Source: Balamuthia mandrillaris (Eukaryota). Taken from it: 64,000 nucleotides of DNA. Positions 55,730 through 64,000 of the stretch are shown one piece after another; the first letter of the stretch is position 1, and the number at the start of each line of letters is the position of its first letter. The stretch covers positions 248,001 through 312,000 of the forward strand of contig JAVKOQ020000018.1 in the NCBI GenBank assembly GCA_031835245.2, written 5' to 3'. Under the pieces are notes generated by a model. It was not told the DNA's origin, did not search any database, and worked only from the letters and a program-made list of their open reading frames with translations. The position numbers and the translations under genes are program-made.

Positions 55730-56413
55730 GTTGAGGGGACGGAAAGTGAATTCACTGGTGACCAACAAAGCATGTACATTCTTTCCATCCACTCCTTTTT
55801 TTTTGTTTGGTTGTGCCGCTGGTTAATGACGACACGGTGTCTACAAATTCTCTGTCGACGAATACTCTCCCCACCTTTGCGCAACGGTAAGGCCAAGGGC
55901 AGCGCTTTGAACTTTGGGTCAAACTAGTCAAAAGCAAGTGGCGCTGGTGGTTGGTTCGTTGCCAAAGACCCATTCGCCCGTTAACCGCAACTGTTAATTT
56001 AGATAGCCTGAGCCAAAAAGCAAAAAAAACAAGGACAACCGGAAAAAACGCCCTCTGCGCTGCCGGGCACGCGCTTTCTTCTTCAACCCCCCCACCCCTT
56101 GCTAGATTTTGTTAACAAGCAAAAAAAAAAGGGGGGAGGAGGAAGCAAGGATAGTGGTGTGCGGTAGGACTACAGCGAGGACGGGGGGTCGAGAGCATTT
56201 TTTTTGAAAAAAAACTATTGATAACAGGGGGGAAGACGGTTGACCGGAGAGGGATGCGGAGTTCTTGCCTGCGTGCTGGTGGACTACGGTGGAGGAGGAG
56301 GTGTTGAAGAAAGTACCTTCATCAAAATTGGATCGAAAAAGAATCTACCCCCCACTACCGAATCCGATTTGAACTCGTAAAACAGACAAGTGTGGCAGGC
56401 GGGAAGGAGGAGA

Positions 56414-59400
56414 ATGAGAAGCGCCGAAGGAAAACAACAAGGCGGAGGAGGAGGACCTATGATAACATCTATACGTGTAAGCGAACGCAGAGCTTTCTTC
56501 GAGAGTCTATCAAGGTCTGTTTTCTTTCTTTTTGCCTGTGTTGCTCGTTCTTTCTTCAGCTTAACATATTTTTCTACCTGCCCCTCCACGCTCTTGCCTG
56601 TAGCGACAGTAGTGGGGAAGAAGGCAATGGCAGCAGCAGAAGGGGTAGAGGGCCGCAAGGACGCATCCAACAAAGACAACGATCAATTTCTTCCTCTCCG
56701 GCCCCTCTCAAGCCTGGTAGCAGAAGAGGCTTTTCGCCCTTAGCAACTACCTCTTCAACCACCGTCGCCCATTCCTCCTCTTCTGCTTCTTTTCCTTCCA
56801 TTTCTTCTTCCTCTGTAACTGCCACAACAACTACCATCAGCACCAACACTCGCTTTACCTTATCTACCACAACTACAACAGTTGCTTGTTCTTTGCCAGG
56901 CTCTTCTGCTGTTCAAGGCAGAGACCGAAGCAAAAGTTGGGAAGAACCCAAAATCCCTTTGACCTTTCTCGATGCAACCTCTACCCCAGCGGATGAAGAG
57001 ACAAATGCACAACGGAGTAATTATGTACATGACAGTCACCCCACTACCAAGGCTGGCTCAACAACAAACTCGTCTGCTTCATCTACAGGCTCAGCCACCG
57101 ATTTAGCCCCTCCTTCTCGCTTTCCTGGCACAGCTTCGCCTTCTGCTGCGTCAATCTCTCTGCACAAACAAACTGCTCATACTCACAAATCTCTTCCCAA
57201 CACACCACGTACGTCAAGCGAACAAGCACATTCTCTTGCTCGCACTCCTGATCAATCACAACTGCAAGGCATTGTTTCGGATGCCACAACAAAGCGGCCA
57301 CAAGGCTGCAGTGATGAGCAGAACGCCGTTGTGGAGGAGGAAGAGGAGGAGGTAATATTAAAAAACAGCAACGTTATAAAATCCGTTAAAGCCACTACCT
57401 CTGTAGAAACAAAACCTTTGGTGGCACAAACCGACTCAACGACGCCAGCGATAACAAAGGAAGATGATGATGCTAATAGTCGGCAAGAAGCGAGGAGCCC
57501 TGTACAAGAAGCACGAACAGGCCAAGACAAAGAACGGATTGTAAATACGAGCGATGAGAAGAAGAAGAAACACAAGAACAAGCAAGAACGGACACCTCGT
57601 TCTCAGAACATATTTGGAGAACACAACAATGGAGAAACAACAGAAAAATCTCAATCTTATAGAGCGAAGCGGAGAGAAGAGAAGAAAAGCAGAAATAGTG
57701 CACTCATGCCAGATCACAACATGACCAATGCCCAGCTTATACGACATCCCATGCCATGGCCTTTGACCGAAGTGGAACGTAAGGAACGAGAGAAGGAAAT
57801 AGAGGAACGGAGAGAACTGTTGCGCCGACGGAAGAATGTGCCCTTACCTCCTCTCAACTTGGATCTTCCTTATGCCTCTGCTGCTGGTGGTGTTGGCAGC
57901 CCCACTGGCGGTCCTCGTTCTCCACCACGCGCACTCCTTGCTTCTGCTCCATCTACTCGATTACCGCGTGCTGCTTCAGATGCAGCAGCCGCCTCTCCCC
58001 TCATCAGCCCTCGACAGCGTCCTGCTGTGTCCGGTGTGCCACTTCCTCGCTTATCCTTTCACTTGGCCTCTCCTGCTTCCCTTCCTTCTTCTGCCTCTAC
58101 TTCTTCTCTGGGGCAATCGCTCCCTAGTGTTGCTCTGCCTACCAAGCGCCCCTCCTTTCTCTTGGAGGAGGAACCAAATGCTTTATCTTTAAAACCCATT
58201 CTACCCTCTTCTACCTCTTCTCCTATGATTGTAAATGAAAGAAAAACCACAACCGTTACCACTGCTGGCGGCGACCTCGCAAACAACAATAGGGATAGTA
58301 GAACGAGAAGAGCGAGAAGGAACAGCGGCGAAGGGCACGCGGAGTTAAATGGAGCACAACAGTGGTTGCTTCTTCAACCAGAAGGAGAGGAAGACGAGCC
58401 ACAACATGAAACTACATCAAACGTTTATAGACGTCGCCATTGTCGCAGCATGTCTCTTGCCACCACCTACGCGTCAGGCTTGGAGGAGTGGCGACTGAAG
58501 AACTCGCTCACCCGCATCGAAGAGTTAGAGGGTAATAGAAAGGAAAAAGCGAAACCAGACAAAGATGAAGGAAGGGAGAACGAAGTGGAAAAGGATAATG
58601 CCAAGGATAAAAGAAGAAAGCAATCTCTCCGATCTCCAAAGAAAGGCGCATCTACCCTCCGCAGAGTAATATTCCCTCCATCCACAAGCAATCCTGTGAT
58701 TGCCACAGAAGAAGAGCAACTACGGAATCCTTCCTCGGCAGTGCTACAATTGCAGTTGCAGCAGCAAGGGCTAGAAGCTGAACGAGTACTCACGCTCAGC
58801 GACCAATATCTACAGAAACGCCAAGCTCGCGCAAAGCATAGCCGAAGGAGCAAAGAAAGAACCACTTCAACTGAGTGTACTCTGCCGGTAAACAATGAAC
58901 ATGAGAATGAGAAGCTCATCATGCCTGCGGAAGAAAAGAATACTGCTTACACGTCTGATGAAGATGAAGAGGATGTTGTCGATACAGCACCTTCTTTTGT
59001 TCCGCACCAAAGTAAGCCCACAACCCCTATTGATAAACAGAAGAATAGACGAGCGTCCTTCGCCAGTATGGAGAATGCACATTTGGTACGGCACACATTG
59101 GCCACTCTTCCGGTTCTATCCCATCACCAGCAAACCCCAGCGAAATGTCAGCCTGACCAAAACCGAGGAACGCAAGAGCAAGTGCAGAGAGACCGAGAAG
59201 GAAATGAGGCTTCACCTCCTGGCAACCGAGAAGGAGAGGAGGCAAGCAACGAAGTTGAAGCGCTTCTGCCACGAGAGAAGAGAGCGAGCAAAACATTACG
59301 GGACCATCAACTCGCGGTTTCGAAACGTGGCTCTATTTCACCTCGCTCTAAAGAGCAGCCCCGCGTGGACAAACAAATTGCGATGGAAGAAGCTATGCAA

Positions 59401-62400
59401 GTGAAAGAAGCGGCGGAGACTTCAGTACGAAAGGAAGCCACCAAAAATGAGGAAGACGAGGAACTACTACAAGTTGAAGGGGATGATTATTATGAAGACG
59501 AGGGAATCGAAACAGAAGTGGTATCAGTCCGAAAGAAAAGTCCGCGCGATATGTACTATGGAGGCAAAGAGCGACCTAGCAATGCAAAAATTCAAGAGAC
59601 GGAAAAAGCAAAGAAGACCCTTATCAGCGCGCTGCGAAAGAACTTTGAGGGCCGTAAACGGACCGGCAGCAATCTCGCTAGCTACATTACTCGCAGAGAC
59701 AGAAAGGACAAAACAAACTCGAAAGAAGGACAAGAGAACGCGGCTGTTGTGGACACTGCAGCGGAAAATATGGAGGAGCCTTTCGAAAAGGAGAAGTACA
59801 AGGAGAATGTAGCCTCCTTTTGGAGTGCGGCTGGCCTTAAAAAAGTGTCCATGTCACTCACGCAGTTTCCAGAAATACGATCCCGTTTGAAGCATCTTAG
59901 AGGAGGGGCAACTGGGAAAGAAGCAAAGGAGGAGAACAGAGAATACGAGGAAAATACAGCGCAGCGCGGCAATAACGTACAAGAAGAGTATGGACCTAGC
60001 CGGGAGATCAATGCCTTTGGGGAAAATAACTCAGAGATAGGCTCAGGAGCCACAACTAGTTCACACTTACCCTCTATATCGGAAGAGATGGACACCCCCA
60101 TCGAACTGCGATCTGGAGAGTATTCCTCTCCCTCTGATTCCTCCGAAGGAAGCAGTTCATTCCCACCATCCCTCTCCTCCTCCACTTCCTCCTTGGACGG
60201 AGTGCTTTCTTTGGATGCTACCAGTCTCCCACCTCTCTCCTTTGACCACCCATTATTCTACTTGGAAGAGGATAGTGACGACGATGGTAGCGGTTCCACA
60301 CCCTCATCACCCACCGCCTTAACATTAGGTTGGGAGGAAAGATTGAGCTCAGGGGAAGTACGACTGCGAAGCCACAGCGAGGAGGACGCCCTATGGAGGA
60401 TTCGTGGAAGCAGTGGAAATAGGAGAAACCGGAGACCTCCGCGCATTGGTAGCTCTCCCGTTGGTCTCTCCTCTGCCGCTGACAGCAGTGGGGAGTGGAG
60501 CGAGAGCTGGTCTCCTTCTAAGTGGCGAAGGAAACGCCATCAGTGCATGAGGAGGTGCAATTCCATGGTGGAAGCAAAGTCACCCAGTTGGTTTTTGTTG
60601 GGAATGTCGCTTACCGCTACCGGTAATCCGAATGGCTGTGAAGCAGAGGTCCAGGAAGAAGAAATAGAGGATGATGTGGGGGAAGATGAAGACAGTCAAA
60701 GATCCAAAGGGAAAGAAAAGGTAACAGCCACTAGTGACTTTATGGAAGAGGGAGAAGGGGAAGAAGAGGACGATGGCACGGAGAAACGTAAAGATGGAGA
60801 CGAATCCGGTGTACTATCAAGCAACCGCTCTTCAACGTCCTTCGAGTATGGTATGTATTACGTGGGAATTGCCTCCCACATGAAACGGCTGCGACGAACG
60901 ATGAGTATGGAAGACGTGCAAGAAATGAAACGGAAGAAAGCCAGAATGGTGATCATTCCTTTCCGTGTGAGCATACCTCGAGGTCACCGCAGCTTTTCCA
61001 CCGATACAATGCATAACAGGAAACCTATCATCGAAGATGAGCATTGGCTGCGCAGACAAAAGCAAAAGAAGAAAAAGCGAACGCGCGACGAGTTGCGTAA
61101 AAAGAGCCTTGAACGGCGCTTTCTCAAGCGAACTGGTCAATACAATCGGCTTTCTTGCATCGAGATATTCCTTCAGCTCCTCAATGATAATGAGTTTCTT
61201 GTTAGCGTACGTAAAATCCAGTGAGAGAGAGAGCATTCTCAGATGCTAACTGTAATTTGTGCATAGGTTTTGTTGAAAAAGGAACTGAGCTTTGTGAAAG
61301 AAATTTGCAACATTGGCGATGATGCCGAAAAAGCAACCTTGTGTACAGCTTTAGTCCACATCTTCGAAGCTCATCACAGCGCCACTTCGCTTATCTATTG
61401 GAGCATACGAGAGGAAGTGCTTTCCACAAGTAAAATTTTCTCTAGCTCTGTCCTCTCTCTCCCTCTTTAACATCTTTTGCTGATGTTTACTTGCTTACAG
61501 TGGGATGCAACACAGACGTCTCCTCGACACTATTTCGTGAGGACTGTTTGGCCAGCAAATTCCTGAACGCATATGCTATTCAGGAAGGCAAAGATTATCT
61601 CTGTCGAACGCTGAGACCGGTCATTAAAAAGTGTTTCAATTCGCATGTCTCCTATGAGGTCAACCCATATCGACTTGACACTCAAAGAGGCAATAATACC
61701 AGCAAACAAAACTTTAGACGTCTTTACAAGCTCACCCAATCTCTCTTGTTGGCTATTTTGGATGCTCGTTCTTCCTTTCCTCCGTGCGTTTCTTTCTAAT
61801 ACTCTTTGTTCTTTGTTTTTCTGAAAGAATTAACTAAACTGTTGGCCTTTAGAACTATCCAACGCGTGTACGCCTACTTGACACAAGAAATAGACAAGCG
61901 ATTTACTGCCGAAAAGCGAATGAGCACAGGGCAGCTGACCAAGACTCTCTCCACTTCTTTGTTGTCCACTGCGGCTGGAGATAACAGCAGCAGCGAAAGT
62001 GAAAGTGATGGTGCAACGAAAGCTAGACATCAGCTCCAGCGACGCAGCGAAGAGCTCTCTGCGGACGCGCAGTTGTTTAGTAATGACCCACTAGCAGTTG
62101 TGGAGGACCAACCTGCCCCACCCTGCGACTCTCCCTCCACCACTCATCATCGAGGAGGCTTTATTCGCCAGCACGTCGGGCCGAACTCTACTTTGTCCTC
62201 ATCGGCCTCTGCTGCCTTCCACATGATAGCCAGCCCCTTTGTCATCGCCACTTCCAACGCTTCTTCTCTCCTCTCTCCTAAGATCTCTCGCCGAACACGG
62301 GAAAGTAACATTACCAGTTCTTCAAACCACAACAGCAACGAAACGAGTCCTACCCAGTCTCCCCAAAAAAGCCATCTCTCACACAACAGTTCTTCTCCTC

Positions 62401-62744
62401 GCAACCAGACTTCCTCTCCTCCTTTATTCTCTCCAACGCTGCGCAAACAGCGGCATACAGAAGAATCCATTGGTCTTGTCTATGTTGGCGGTTTCGTTTT
62501 TCTTCGCTTCTTCTGCCCTGCCATTGTCACTCCAGAGCTCTACGAGATTGTTGACAGTACGATGCGCACACACACACTCTCTCTCTCTCGCTATGCAATT
62601 TCTAACAGCCTTGTAATGAAAACAGAGAGTCCTACACGAGAAGCAAGAAGAGGATTGACTTTAGCAGCTAAAGTGCTGCAAACCATGGCTAACCAGATCG
62701 AGTTTGGCGAGAAAGAAGCCTACATGAAGCCCATGAATGACGTA

Positions 62745-62804
<60 letters not shown>

Positions 62805-63244
62805 CACACACACTCTCTCTCAGCAGTTTTCTTAACTCTACCTTTACAAAGTTTATTGCCGAATATCAGCCAAGGATGAACGATTACCTGTACAGCCTCG
62901 TCCACCAAACCAAAATCAAGAACAAGAAACACTCCAAACGTCTCTCCTTGCCCAGGCCCTTAGATTTTATCCCCTCCTCCGCCAGCACCCTTCCCGCTCG
63001 CCCAAAGCCTACCTCAACCATCAATTTGCTTTCTCAATCCTCTCCATCTTCTTCCTCTGAACCTCATAACAGTAATAACGGGATTCTATCAAAGCTCCTT
63101 CCCCACCAGAGCGTCCCATCATCTTTGACGACTGACACGGAGCTCCAGAAGGAAGCACTGCAGGTCGTCAAGAACCATTGCATAAAGCATCGGAAGGAGC
63201 TGGACTACACTCTCTTCAAGAAAATGTTCCAAAGCAAAGAGTAA
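56414..63244 (+). CDS. Large RasGAP-domain protein with a ~1500-aa low-complexity N-terminus (multi-exon; start tentative)
   Basis: TLFREDCLASK (arginine finger), YLCRTLRPVI, YEVNP, GGFVFLRFFCPAIVTPE, RRGLTLAAKVLQTMAN, KEAYMKPMND. First intron predicted at 56515-56603. Confidence 0.88.
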
Positions 63245-63651
63245 CCTATTGTATTTTTATTTATTCATTTATTTTCATTTTTGTTTATCTCTCTTGTGGA
63301 TGAGTGTAAATAGAGATAAAACGCTTTTCTCACGTTCAAACTCTGATATTAATTCTCTAAGAAAAGCAAAATAAGAAGATGATGAAGGAAGAGAGAGGGC
63401 GGCGAGTGTGTTGCTTTTTTGTGTATGTTCTCCAGTTGGCATCGGTGGAGAGAATAACGAACAAAAAATCAACCATAGTCCCATTCATTCTGTTGAGAAC
63501 AGAAAGAGAAGAGTTGAATAATAGCCTCAGCAAAGATTTTGCTCTCCGAAAAACGTGTTCCTAGGAGTTTCGCAAAAACGCTTCAACGGCAACTGCCTCC
63601 TCCTTCCTCTGCCTCCACCTTTCCCGCTTTTCTTTTTTCATTCCATTGTGT

Positions 63652-64000
63652 TTACCTCAGAAGAGAAAGGCAGTAGCCTACTGCGATGGCCACAAGGAGC
63701 ACTGCAACAATCAAAACCGCATTGTTGACTCTGTTGGAGGGCTTCTTTTGCTTCTTGCTCTCTCTGTCACTTGGAGGAAAGGAACAAGCATCAGAGGAGC
63801 ACGTTGGTTGCTCCTTGTACTTCTTCTCTTCGTTGCTGTGATGACGGTTATTTCTTCGGTGTTGGGTGAGCCGTGCCAGCGCAACGGAATAGTTCATAGC
63901 GACGCCTTCATCCAAGTCAAGGACTTGTTGCAGCAAGTGGTGCTGATCGATGTGATGGCCAGGGTGCTCCTCCCTGTGAGCAAAGGAGCATTGGGTCGGC
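63652..64000 (-). CDS. 3' end of a gene running off the window; C-terminal tail anchor
   Basis: Frame is open from the window edge and ends ...NAVLIVAVLLVAIAVGYCLSLLR*. Confidence 0.55.
   Translation of the reverse strand, partial: PTQCSFAHREEHPGHHIDQHHLLQQVLDLDEGVAMNYSVALARLTQHRRNNRHHSNEEKKYKEQPTCSSDACSFPPSDRESKKQKKPSNRVNNAVLIVAVLLVAIAVGYCLSLLR

Noticed and set aside
56392..56603. GTG start of the 1610-aa ORF
   Set aside because: It reads through a pyrimidine-rich GT-AG intron (56515-56603); ATG 56414 in another frame is more plausible.

Overview
Gene-dense, intron-rich eukaryotic DNA with short (~60-100 nt) pyrimidine-rich GT-AG introns often padded by microsatellites. The style and the HRDLAxRN/GPLKWMAPE receptor kinases suggest an amoebozoan such as a Balamuthia/Acanthamoeba relative (inference only). 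About 33 protein-coding loci can be rebuilt by joining ORF-track fragments at splice sites: housekeeping genes (DERA, TAF9, Tpt1, Paa1-like GNAT, aminotransferase, Tim17-family, ISOC, CRYZ, Hikeshi/OPI10), signalling genes (DH-PH-PB1-like RhoGEF, RasGAP, LIM) and many cullin-adaptor genes (F-box, BTB, BC-box). Most notable: (1) three receptor kinases that join an integrin-alpha-like FG-GAP ectodomain and a Calx-beta-like domain to a tyrosine-kinase-type domain, one carrying a foreign RWD/LRR gene fragment inside a microsatellite-bracketed intron; (2) a GC-rich intronless island of giant-virus-style F-box/ankyrin-like genes; (3) a Swt1-type PIN nuclease with a C-terminal F-box; (4) two stand-alone HRDC genes. 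All family assignments come from motif recognition by eye. No searches were run and exon boundaries are predictions.
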